NCBI GenBank assembly: GCA_964538435.1
Contig: CAZIDX010000001.1
Span: forward strand, 64,393-128,392
DNA length: 64,000 bases
Reading direction: 5' to 3'
Source: an uncultured Gammaproteobacteria bacterium
GTDB lineage: Bacteria; Patescibacteriota; Patescibacteriia; UBA9934; GWF2-40-263
Part shown: piece by piece, positions 17,838-26,644 of the stretch
How positions within the stretch are numbered: position 1 is the first letter of the stretch
How the letters are laid out: the number at the start of each line of letters is the position of its first letter
The notes under the pieces: generated by a model
The model's database searches: none
What the model was told of the DNA's origin: nothing
The model's input: the letters and a program-made list of their open reading frames with translations, nothing else
Program-made: the position numbers and the translations under genes

Positions 17838-19577
17838 ATGCCTATGATTCCATTGTTGGGTATTCCGATTGTATCGGATGCAACAGGAACAGCTGCCGCA
17901 GCAACATCATACTTCGCACAACCTATCGATGCGATTCTTTTTGATATCCTGATCTGGTTTGGTTGGATCCCGATTGCAGTCACGCTTGTCTGGGGCTTCA
18001 CGCTGGTTTGGCTTGGTTACAGACAGGCTGGGCATGTGGCCAGGCTTAAGTACATGGTGCTTGCTATCGATGTTCCTGCAATGACAGAGCAGTCACCAAA
18101 GGCACTTGAGAACCTTTTTGCATCTCTGTACGCATGTAAGTCTTCGATCACATTCAAAGAAAAATGGCTCTACGGAAAATTAAATCCAAATTTTTCATTT
18201 GAGATTGTTTCCACAGAAGGCTATATCCAATTTCTAATCAGGTTCCAAACACGATTCCGAGATGTTATTGAAGCTGGTATCTACGCACACTATCCTGATG
18301 CAGAGATCACAGAAGTTGAGGACTACACTGAACAATTTCCAAAAACCTTTCCAAACGAAACACATGAAATGTGGGGAGGGGAAATTACGTTTGACAAACC
18401 GTCCATGTACCCACTTCGGACCTATGTTGATTTTGAAGATCGGTTGTCTGCAGAACTAAAAGACCCCTTGGCCTACATGCTCGAGCAAATGGCAAAAATG
18501 AAAGCAGGGGAGCATTTTTGGATTCAGATTATTGTCCAACCTTCAACAAATAGCTGGAAGGATGCAGGTGTGAATCACGTTAAGGCTATTTACGGGGATG
18601 TCCCAAAGCCAAAAAAGAGCAAGATTGCTGCTGGAGCCGAATCGCTCATGTCTTGGCCAAACGAGCTTCTTAAAGAAGGTATAGATGTAGATTTAAGCGG
18701 ACTGCTGTTTGGTGATGCAGCAAACGGAGAAGAAGACCCTTGGAAAGTTTTCAAGCTGACATTGCCCCAAATCGAGGAGGCAAAAGCCATTTTACAAAAA
18801 TCAACAAAGGTTGGGCACGGAGTAAAAATCCGCATTCTTTACGTTGCAAAGCACAACTCCTATGTAAAGATTGAGCGCACAGCAATGGTAAAGGGGATCA
18901 TGAACCAGTACGCACACCTCAACTTCAATCGTTTTGGTCTGCATATTGCTTCAGTTCCAAAAGATGATTATTTCTGGATGAAATGGAGCTATACAAAACG
19001 CCAAAACACACTCATGAAGGCATATTGCTCACGCTCATGGGGAATTGGCGCACACAACATGTGGATGAACGTTGAGGAATTGGCAACGCTTTGGCATTTC
19101 CCTGCGGTCCACATTAAAGCACCGCTCGTTAAGAAGGCAGAGGCCAAGCGTGCCGAGCCTCCGGTTGGTCTTCCCATCACAGATCTAGAAGACACACTTC
19201 CTGGATACAAACCCACCACAGCAGACGAGGGGTTGGATCTGCCTGGGGCTGGGCAAGATCAGCAAGAATATTCAGCCGGCATTGCCACAGCTGATTCAGT
19301 GATGGGTGAGCCGCCTGTGGATCTCCCAGGAGCGAGTCTAGAGGATGGTCCGTTGCCAGAAACACTTCCTTCAACAATCGCACCAACAAGCACAGAGCAA
19401 CCAGAACCTGAAACAACAATCGATATCCCAGAGCCACCTGAACCAGAACCTGAAAAAGACCCTCTTGCATTTGAAGAAAGCGTACTCCCTGAGGTAAAGG
19501 CTCCGACCGACAAAGAAAGCCAAGAAGAACTCAAGGACGATGATGAAACATTTGTCCCACCAAACCTTCCAGTATGA
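17838..19577 (+). CDS. membrane-anchored protein with an acidic, Pro-rich C-terminus; partner of the downstream T4CP-like ATPase
   Basis: One or two N-terminal TM helices, then a roughly 480 aa soluble region. The C-terminal region is Pro-, Glu- and Asp-rich. Its stop overlaps the next ATG. Confidence 0.55.
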   Translation: MPMIPLLGIPIVSDATGTAAAATSYFAQPIDAILFDILIWFGWIPIAVTLVWGFTLVWLGYRQAGHVARLKYMVLAIDVPAMTEQSPKALENLFASLYACKSSITFKEKWLYGKLNPNFSFEIVSTEGYIQFLIRFQTRFRDVIEAGIYAHYPDAEITEVEDYTEQFPKTFPNETHEMWGGEITFDKPSMYPLRTYVDFEDRLSAELKDPLAYMLEQMAKMKAGEHFWIQIIVQPSTNSWKDAGVNHVKAIYGDVPKPKKSKIAAGAESLMSWPNELLKEGIDVDLSGLLFGDAANGEEDPWKVFKLTLPQIEEAKAILQKSTKVGHGVKIRILYVAKHNSYVKIERTAMVKGIMNQYAHLNFNRFGLHIASVPKDDYFWMKWSYTKRQNTLMKAYCSRSWGIGAHNMWMNVEELATLWHFPAVHIKAPLVKKAEAKRAEPPVGLPITDLEDTLPGYKPTTADEGLDLPGAGQDQQEYSAGIATADSVMGEPPVDLPGASLEDGPLPETLPSTIAPTSTEQPEPETTIDIPEPPEPEPEKDPLAFEESVLPEVKAPTDKESQEELKDDDETFVPPNLPV

Positions 19578-21769
19578 CAATGCATCACGACCATGAGAAC
19601 GAGGTGACGTATTTTGGAAAGACCAACTTCCGCAATCAGCTCACCAAGTTCGGAATCAAAACCGACGATAGGCGTAGGCATATCTACGTGATCGGAAAGA
19701 CCGGTATGGGTAAGACGACATTGATGGAAAACTTCATCTTGTCTGATATCTATGCGGGTCATGGTTGTTGTTATGTTGATCCTCACGGAGACACTGCAGA
19801 AAAACTTATTGACTTCATTCCAAGCTGGCGCATCAATGACGTAGTGTATTTCAACCCAGCTGATTTAGAATATCCTGTAGGATTTAATATTCTCGAAGCT
19901 GTTACAGAAAGGCATAAGCACTTAGTTGCTTCTGGAATGATGGCAGTGTTCGCCAAGATTTGGGAAGGAATGTGGTCATCGCGAATGGAATACATTCTCA
20001 ACAACACTATCCTTGCGCTCCTGGACAATCCAGGCCAAACAATGCTTGGAATCAACCGAATGATGTCTGATGCGGAATTTAGAAAGCGAATGGTTGGAAA
20101 CATTAAAGATCCGGTTGTAAAACAATTCTGGGTAAAGGAGTTCGCTAGCTGGTCAGAGAAATACGCCACAGAAGCCACAGCCGCCATTCAAAACAAGATC
20201 GGTCAGTTCTTGTCTGCGGGTGTGATCCGAAACGTGGTTGCGCAGGTTAAGTCCACAATCGACATCCGTGACATCATGGATTCTGAAAAGATTTTCATCA
20301 TCAACCTGTCAAAAGGGCGTATTGGTGAAGATAACTCCAGGCTCCTGGGTGGGTTGCTTATTACAAAAATTCAGCTCGCAGCCATGGAGCGTGTGGATGT
20401 ACCAGAAAAGGAGCGCAAAGACTTTTATCTCTACGTGGATGAGTTCCAAAACTTTGCTGTTGAATCTTTTGCGTCCATTTTGTCTGAGGCGCGTAAGTAT
20501 CGCCTTTGCCTAACCATGGCTCACCAGTACATTGCTCAGCTCACAGAAGAAGTTCGCGATGCTGTGTTTGGTAACGTTGGAACCATTCTTGCCTTTCGTG
20601 TTGGAGCAGCAGATGCCATGTACATGGAAACCGAGTTTACACCTAGGTTTCTGCCAGAAGACATTATCAATCTTCCAAAATTCAACATCTACCTCAAACT
20701 ATTGATTGATGGTGTGACAAGCCAGCCGTTTTCAGCGGTCACGCTCCCGCCAATTGCTCAAGTAACACACTCATCAGAAAAGGTGATTAGAATTGGACGT
20801 GAGCGCTATGCTGAGCCTCGTGCACACATTGAAAAGAATGTTCTCGATTGGAGCGGGCTTGGAAAACAAACGGATGAAGAGATGTATGCAGAAGCTGCAG
20901 AGAAAAAGAAAGCAGCAAAGAGCGCAAACAAACCTCGGCACGAATACAACTGCACACGCTGCAACACAGACATTGTGCTTCCGGTAGAGCTAGATCGTTC
21001 TCGTGCTATTTACTGTGACGACTGCATCACCATTGTTCGTGAGGAGCGAAAGAACAACAAAAAAGGAAAGAAAGGCAAGTCTGCTGACAAGCCAAAGCCG
21101 CCAAAGCCTTCAGAGGGCCAGGTGGTTGAAGCAAAGCCAGAAGAACCATCAATTAGTTTGAAAAAGCTGGAGACCAAGCCAGCAAAAGAAGACCGTCCTA
21201 AGCTAAAGGTTGTCCTTCCTGCAGAGATTAAAGAGCGAGAAGAAAAAGCAAAAGAAAAGGCAAGAGCTGAGAAGGAAAAACCAAAACCACCAAAACAAGA
21301 AAAAGCTCCAGAGCCAGAGAAGAAGCCAGAAGCTCCAAAACAACCAAAGCCCGAGCACAAAAAAGAAGACAAACCAAAAGAAGAAGAAACGGTCGGTCTA
21401 AAAAAGCTAGAGGAAAAACCAAAGAAACCGGTTCAGGAGGATCGGCCAAAATACAAAGTGATTCCTCCAAAGAAAAAAGAAGAACAAAAACCGAAGACAG
21501 AGGAGCAACCAAAACAAGAGGATCCAAAACCTCAAGATGCTCCAAAAAAGAAAAAGAGAAAGAGACGAAGGAAAAAGAAGCCTGGTCAAAACCCTGAGCA
21601 GCCGAAAAAAAACGAAAACAAACCTGAACCTCCAAAAGCAGACAAGCAGGACAAGCCAGAACAGGATAAAACCAAGCGGCCGCCAACACCAAAGCAGTTT
21701 CAAAAGCAAAAAACAGAAGATCACGTAAGCGGCAAGCTCAAACCTGGACAAAGCATCCAGTTTGATTAA
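19574..21769 (+). CDS. type IV coupling protein-like ATPase (TraD/TrwB/VirD4 family), soluble, with a zinc ribbon and a basic repetitive tail
   Basis: Walker A VIGKTGMGKTT, YVDPHGD, Walker B FYLYVDEFQNF, and ARKYRLCLTMAHQYIAQL. Zinc ribbon CTRCNT..CDDC. About 230 aa of K/E/P-rich tail. No N-terminal TM. Confidence 0.7.
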   Translation: MTMHHDHENEVTYFGKTNFRNQLTKFGIKTDDRRRHIYVIGKTGMGKTTLMENFILSDIYAGHGCCYVDPHGDTAEKLIDFIPSWRINDVVYFNPADLEYPVGFNILEAVTERHKHLVASGMMAVFAKIWEGMWSSRMEYILNNTILALLDNPGQTMLGINRMMSDAEFRKRMVGNIKDPVVKQFWVKEFASWSEKYATEATAAIQNKIGQFLSAGVIRNVVAQVKSTIDIRDIMDSEKIFIINLSKGRIGEDNSRLLGGLLITKIQLAAMERVDVPEKERKDFYLYVDEFQNFAVESFASILSEARKYRLCLTMAHQYIAQLTEEVRDAVFGNVGTILAFRVGAADAMYMETEFTPRFLPEDIINLPKFNIYLKLLIDGVTSQPFSAVTLPPIAQVTHSSEKVIRIGRERYAEPRAHIEKNVLDWSGLGKQTDEEMYAEAAEKKKAAKSANKPRHEYNCTRCNTDIVLPVELDRSRAIYCDDCITIVREERKNNKKGKKGKSADKPKPPKPSEGQVVEAKPEEPSISLKKLETKPAKEDRPKLKVVLPAEIKEREEKAKEKARAEKEKPKPPKQEKAPEPEKKPEAPKQPKPEHKKEDKPKEEETVGLKKLEEKPKKPVQEDRPKYKVIPPKKKEEQKPKTEEQPKQEDPKPQDAPKKKKRKRRRKKKPGQNPEQPKKNENKPEPPKADKQDKPEQDKTKRPPTPKQFQKQKTEDHVSGKLKPGQSIQFD

Positions 21770-21780
21770 GAATCCAATTC

Positions 21781-22545
21781 ATGGACCTCATTCAAGCCCT
21801 GACGTTGGGGCTCGTACAAGGTGTAACAGAATTCCTCCCGATCTCAAGTTCGGGATTCTTAATTTTGGTGCCAGAAATATTTGGTTGGGAGGTGCAAAGC
21901 CTGGCATTTGACGCCTGGCTCCATCTAGCAACTCTTGCAGCGGTTGTGTTCGCACTATTGCCAGAGGTAAAACTGATTTTCACAAACAAAAAATGGAACA
22001 AGGTTGGTTACTGGGTCGCGCTCGCTACCGTTCCAGTGGTAATTGTTGGTTTTCTCGCCAGCGATCTCATCGAAGCCTCAACTCGATCGCTACAAGTTGT
22101 TGCCTGGTCATTTATTATCTGGGGAGTCGTGCTTTACCTTGCAGATCGTTTTTCCAGGCTCCATCAAAAAGACCTCACAGCCGTAGGGTGGAAACGCTCG
22201 CTCATGATTGGTCTAGCTCAGGTAATTGCACTCATTCCAGGAACCTCACGCTCAGGAATCACCATCACAGCCGGCCTTCTCTCAGGTCTAAAACGAGAGC
22301 AAGCAGCAAGGTTCTCGTTTCTGCTTGGCATCCCAACCATTGCAGCAGCTGGAGCATTGAAGTTTCTGGATGTCTTTCAGCAGGGGGTGGCAATCAGTAT
22401 CCTCCCAATCATTGTTGGTGCTGCAGCTGCGTTTTTCACAGCATTCCTTACGATCAAGGTCCTGCTTGCGTTCCTAAAGCGCTACACATTTTCAGAGCTG
22501 GCGGTCTTCCGGATACTCCTTGGTCTTCTCCTTCTTGTTCTGTAA
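21781..22545 (+). CDS. uppP: undecaprenyl-diphosphatase
   Basis: GVTEFLPISSSGFLIL at the N-terminus and a later GTSRSG motif. Polytopic, 254 aa. Confidence 0.88.
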   Translation: MDLIQALTLGLVQGVTEFLPISSSGFLILVPEIFGWEVQSLAFDAWLHLATLAAVVFALLPEVKLIFTNKKWNKVGYWVALATVPVVIVGFLASDLIEASTRSLQVVAWSFIIWGVVLYLADRFSRLHQKDLTAVGWKRSLMIGLAQVIALIPGTSRSGITITAGLLSGLKREQAARFSFLLGIPTIAAAGALKFLDVFQQGVAISILPIIVGAAAAFFTAFLTIKVLLAFLKRYTFSELAVFRILLGLLLLVL

Positions 22546-22569
22546 ACCGCGGACCACCGCGGTTTTTTG
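22545..22569 (+). terminator. rho-independent terminator after uppP
   Basis: accgcgg-acca-ccgcggt followed by TTTTTT. Confidence 0.65.
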
Positions 22570-22596
22570 TTTAAATATTCACCAACTCTTCCGCCC

Positions 22597-22720
22597 ACCT
22601 CGTCATCCTGACCCCGCCGAAGGCGGTAGGAAGGATCCCATACTAAGCAAGAAAACCTTCAATGAGCAGCTTTAAGGTCTTCCTGAAGGGAATCCTTCGC
22701 TCCGCTCAGGATGACGAGGT
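22597..22720. other. roughly 125 nt imperfect inverted-repeat element; candidate structured RNA or MITE-like element
   Basis: Perfect 15 bp outer arms acctcgtcatcctga / tcaggatgacgaggt. Nested inner pairings gcgg..gaagga..tccc / ggga..tccttc..ccgc. It lies between the uppP terminator and the HD-domain gene. Confidence 0.35.
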
Positions 22721-22776
22721 TAGGTGATGGTAAGTTTAGATGACAACGGAAGAGAAAAATTGTAAAGTTTTGATCT

Positions 22777-24075
22777 ATGGCAAAATTTGAACTTCGTGAC
22801 CCTATTCACTCACGCATTGCATTCTCGCATTTCGAGCGATCCATCATTGATCATCGCTATGTGCAGCGGCTCAGATTCATCTCTCAGCTTGGCTTTTTGC
22901 AGTCGCTTGTCTACCCAGGTGCTCTCCACGACCGCTTTACACATTCACTCGGCGCCATGCATGTTGCAGGCCGATTGTTTGCGCGCGTTGTCTCTGACTC
23001 AAGTGTTCTCAAAGAGCGGCTGAGTCAAGATGAGGTTGAAGCACTGCGTGTGCGTATTCGAATGGCTGGACTGCTCCACGACATCGGTCACGGGCCATTC
23101 TCCCATGCCTCTGAAGTACTTTTCCCGAATCTGAACGAACTGCCAATGGACTGGTCATGGTGGAAGACAGGTCCTGCTGACCGCCAGGCCGTGCACGAAG
23201 ATTACAGCGTCCTCCTCATTAACCAAATGGCAAAGGAGGGTGTTCTCAAGCCTGATTTCGCGCAAGATGTCTGTTCTCTCATGCACAGCGATATTGAGCC
23301 GTCAGAGTGGTTTTTAGAGCTCATAGAGCGTCTCCCAAGCCTGCAAAGAGCGCTCAAAGGTTTGATTTCTGGCGAAGTGGATGCTGACCGCATGGACTAC
23401 CTGCTTCGAGACTCATATTACTGCGGAGTCGCATACGGAACATTCGACATCGACTGGCTCATTTCCTCAATCGGGGTGGGGGAGAAGGAGAATGGATCGC
23501 TTGTATTCACAATCTCAGAAAACGGAGTCCGTGCATTCGAAGACCTCCTGCTTGCGCGTTACCACATGATCGACCAGGTGTACTTTCACAAAACCAAATC
23601 TGGTTTCACACACTATCTTGAGCAAGCGATTAAGAATGAGATCGAGCTTACTATTCCAATCGATCCAGAAGAGTATGCCGCCCTTCGAGACGGGGTTGTG
23701 ATTGAGAAGCTCTTTGAAGCCGCAAAAGATGAGAAAAACTATTTTTCACACCACCTCATGAACCGCATCGCAGCCAAGCGCATCCTCAGGTTCAGGGATC
23801 TGGACGAAAAAGACATGGACGAGTTAGAGAAACTTAAACAGACCTGCAACGAGAAAAATATTCGCTGGTTCACGCACTCTGTTGCAAACGAACTCTCACA
23901 TCTAGGTGAGATTCCGCGAGAAAAGGCGCTCATCTATGTGCGCAAGAAAACACTCAGCGGCTACGAACTCATCCCAATGTTTGAGTACTCAGACCTCCTG
24001 CAAAAATACAATGAAAAACTTCGCTTCACAGACTTCTTTGTCCACCGCGAAGATTTTGATAAATTTTCCAAATAG
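22777..24075 (+). CDS. HD-domain dNTP triphosphohydrolase-like protein (dGTPase family)
   Basis: FTHSLGAMHVAGRL, LLHDIGHGPFSHASE and DADRMDYLLRDSYYCG are the three dGTPase/HD signatures. Confidence 0.8.
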   Translation: MAKFELRDPIHSRIAFSHFERSIIDHRYVQRLRFISQLGFLQSLVYPGALHDRFTHSLGAMHVAGRLFARVVSDSSVLKERLSQDEVEALRVRIRMAGLLHDIGHGPFSHASEVLFPNLNELPMDWSWWKTGPADRQAVHEDYSVLLINQMAKEGVLKPDFAQDVCSLMHSDIEPSEWFLELIERLPSLQRALKGLISGEVDADRMDYLLRDSYYCGVAYGTFDIDWLISSIGVGEKENGSLVFTISENGVRAFEDLLLARYHMIDQVYFHKTKSGFTHYLEQAIKNEIELTIPIDPEEYAALRDGVVIEKLFEAAKDEKNYFSHHLMNRIAAKRILRFRDLDEKDMDELEKLKQTCNEKNIRWFTHSVANELSHLGEIPREKALIYVRKKTLSGYELIPMFEYSDLLQKYNEKLRFTDFFVHREDFDKFSK

Positions 24076-24110
24076 AAAGAGTCCCGTTTCAGGGACTCGT
24101 GCGTTGCGCT

Positions 24111-24458
24111 CTAGGCGCGGATCTCTGCTGACTCGTGCGCTCGCAGCTGGATTAGATCCAGCGACAACTCCTCGTCTTCCTCGGCCTGCGGGATCTGGCA
24201 GACCTCGGTGCGGATCCTGAGGATGTCCAGGACAGCGCAGAGCTGGTCTGCTTCCTGACCTTCGCTGATCACCACCATGTCGAAGTCGTACGCGCAGTTG
24301 CGATCGACGAGCATGCGCAGACCATCGCGCATGTGACGGTGCCACCGGATGTCAGGCTTCATACCTTCAGGCATGCAGCCTGCGATCTGGTGCATGAGCT
24401 TGGTCTCTCGGTCCTTGTTCTTCTCGATGAGAAGAATGAAGAATTCCCTCTGCAGCAT
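24111..24458 (-). CDS. small GC-rich hypothetical protein; weak receiver-domain-like pattern
   Basis: 115 aa ORF with ATG at 24458. ILLIE..D.....YDFDMVV faintly resembles a CheY-like fold. Confidence 0.3.
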   Translation of the reverse strand: MLQREFFILLIEKNKDRETKLMHQIAGCMPEGMKPDIRWHRHMRDGLRMLVDRNCAYDFDMVVISEGQEADQLCAVLDILRIRTEVCQIPQAEEDEELSLDLIQLRAHESAEIRA

Positions 24459-24538
24459 GTGGCCTCTCTTGTGGTTGCAGGGACGGAAAAACTCTAACTG
24501 ATTGACAAAAAACCGTCAAACCCATAGATTACCTCGCT

Positions 24539-25618
24539 ATGTTAAAGAAAAAAGTTCTCCTTGGAATGTCAGGTGGTGTGGACTCCTCAGTGTCTGCTGC
24601 TTTGCTTTTGGAAGCTGGGTACGAGGTGATCGGTGCCTTCATGAAAAACTGGTCCGGATCAGTATGTGCGCCAGCAGGCGCAAACCCTGATGCAGTCGGA
24701 GAAGAGTTTGAGGAATGCGGATGGAAAGATGAGCGACGCGACGCAGCACGCGTAGCAGCAAAACTCGGAATTACGTTCGTAACATTCGACTTTGAAGAAG
24801 ATTACAGGCGCGACGTCGTTGAAAACATGTTTAAAGAGTTTGAGGCCGGCCGCACACCGAATCCTGACGTCATGTGCAACAAGTTCATCAAGTTCAAGCG
24901 CTTTATGCAGGAGGCCGACAGACTCGACTGTGAGTACGTGGCAACAGGACACTACGCCCAGAACATCAATGGACGCCTCACAGCCGGCGCTGACAAAAAC
25001 AAAGATCAAACCTACTTCCTCTGGGCAGTAAACCCAGAAGTTGTGCCTCGCATTCTGTTCCCGATCGGTAACATGGACAAACCAGACGTACGCAAGAAAG
25101 CAGAAGAACTGAGTCTCACCGTAGCAGACAAAAAGGACAGCGTAGGCATCTGCTTCGTAGGCGAAGTCGACATGCGTGAGTTCCTCCAAGCCCGCCTTCC
25201 AAAAGACCCAGGCAACGTTGTCACAACAGAAGGCGACATCCTAGGAACCCACGAAGGAATCAACTTCTACACCATAGGACAACGCCACGGCCTAAACATC
25301 GGTGGAGGGACCCCGTACTATGTCGTAGAAAAACGACCAGAAACAAAAGAGCTCGTAGTCACAAGCAACTTCCACCCTTCGCTCTTCAAGAGCGAGCTCA
25401 CAGCAAAGGATCTCAACTGGTTCGAGAGAGTAAGCACTCCAAGAAACTGCTTATGCCGCATCCGCTACAGACAACCACTACAAGAATGCACAATCACCTC
25501 GATCTCAGACACACAGGTCACAGTCGAGTTTAAAGAACCGCAACGAGCCATCACTCCAGGACAATCAATCGTGTTTTACGACGGCGAAACAGTAATCGGA
25601 GGAGGAATAATCGAATAG
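24539..25618 (+). CDS. mnmA: tRNA-specific 2-thiouridylase
   Basis: PP-loop LLGMSGGVDSSVSAALL. The candidate promoter is TTGACA-17-TAGATT. Confidence 0.9.
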   Translation: MLKKKVLLGMSGGVDSSVSAALLLEAGYEVIGAFMKNWSGSVCAPAGANPDAVGEEFEECGWKDERRDAARVAAKLGITFVTFDFEEDYRRDVVENMFKEFEAGRTPNPDVMCNKFIKFKRFMQEADRLDCEYVATGHYAQNINGRLTAGADKNKDQTYFLWAVNPEVVPRILFPIGNMDKPDVRKKAEELSLTVADKKDSVGICFVGEVDMREFLQARLPKDPGNVVTTEGDILGTHEGINFYTIGQRHGLNIGGGTPYYVVEKRPETKELVVTSNFHPSLFKSELTAKDLNWFERVSTPRNCLCRIRYRQPLQECTITSISDTQVTVEFKEPQRAITPGQSIVFYDGETVIGGGIIE

Positions 25619-25619
25619 T

Positions 25620-26597
25620 ATGAAATTCAACAAAACAATAATGATCTGCATACTTGTTGCTGCTGGTGTCGTCATGGCTGGATCAGTAGATGCGGCATAT
25701 CACAAATTTTCAGCAGATGAAGTAAATGTCTGTAACGCACCACAAGAATGGAGTTCAATCTGGACGGATGACTATGTGTGCTACACAGTAAAATCAGGAG
25801 ACACGCTCTGGGGAATCTCAGAAAGATTTTACGGTGACGGAGCTCAGTGGAAAACACTCGCAGTGAATGTAATGGCTAGATCAAATAAACATGTCACAGA
25901 ATATTTATCAGATCCACGACTCCTACAAATCGGGACAAAGATCGTATTTAACAACCGCTTGATCGAACCGTATCCAGGTTACGCTCTCGTATATGGAGAT
26001 GTAGCTCAAAATCCAGAAACAGGTGAACTGTTAACCATCTCAGGCTCAGGCACCCGACCAGGTGGGCTTGTGATTCACTCAGGAGACGAGCTCTACGACG
26101 GTCCATACCCATACATTTGGCGCATGCGCATGAGTCCGGATCGTTCAATGCTTACATATTTTGTAGACACAAAACCATCTCGACAGAGTGGATGTCCAAA
26201 CAACTATCACGGGTACCAGCTCGTTCTTAACAAAGTTGCAAACGAACACTACAGCTGCGGAAGAGATTTCAAACTCTTTTCATTCAGCCCAAACAACAAC
26301 CACTACATCCTACGCAACAACACTGGCTCTGATCCGGAAAAGTTCATCGTGCTCTCAGACCTGGGCAACAGCCAGGAATACGACTATATTGACGAACTTC
26401 AATGGATCAACGATGATACATTTGTTTACCGCGCTCAAATTGATGATGTCTGGCGTGTGGTTGTAAACAATGAAGAGTGGGGTGTACATGAATACCTCAG
26501 AGACATAAAGGAACGAGAAGGTGATGGGGGAGTCTGGAGCTACGAAGTCAGAAATGCTGACGGGAGCTACTACAAAGAAATCTTGCACCAGAAATAA
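25620..26597 (+). CDS. secreted or membrane LysM-domain protein
   Basis: N-terminal hydrophobic segment. LysM signature YTVKSGDTLWGISERFYGDGAQWKTLA. Confidence 0.65.
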   Translation: MKFNKTIMICILVAAGVVMAGSVDAAYHKFSADEVNVCNAPQEWSSIWTDDYVCYTVKSGDTLWGISERFYGDGAQWKTLAVNVMARSNKHVTEYLSDPRLLQIGTKIVFNNRLIEPYPGYALVYGDVAQNPETGELLTISGSGTRPGGLVIHSGDELYDGPYPYIWRMRMSPDRSMLTYFVDTKPSRQSGCPNNYHGYQLVLNKVANEHYSCGRDFKLFSFSPNNNHYILRNNTGSDPEKFIVLSDLGNSQEYDYIDELQWINDDTFVYRAQIDDVWRVVVNNEEWGVHEYLRDIKEREGDGGVWSYEVRNADGSYYKEILHQK

Positions 26598-26610
26598 ACA
26601 AACCAATTAG

Positions 26611-26636
26611 AAAAGAGACCTTTCAGGGTCTCTTTT
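26611..26636. terminator. bidirectional rho-independent terminator
   Basis: aaaa-gagacc-tttca-gggtctc-tttt between convergent genes. Confidence 0.55.
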
Positions 26637-26644
26637 ACGTTCGT

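Noticed and set aside
21228-21692. Several 60-150 aa ORFs on both strands inside the K/E/P-rich tail region of the ATPase gene (21010-21751).
   Set aside because: Low-complexity AAG/GAA-rich DNA produces open frames in all phases. The sense ORF is continuous with the ATPase.
24079-24101. Hairpin gagtccc-gtttca-gggactc after the HD gene, considered as a terminator.
   Set aside because: No T-run follows. It may still act for the convergent minus-strand ORF, but support is weak.
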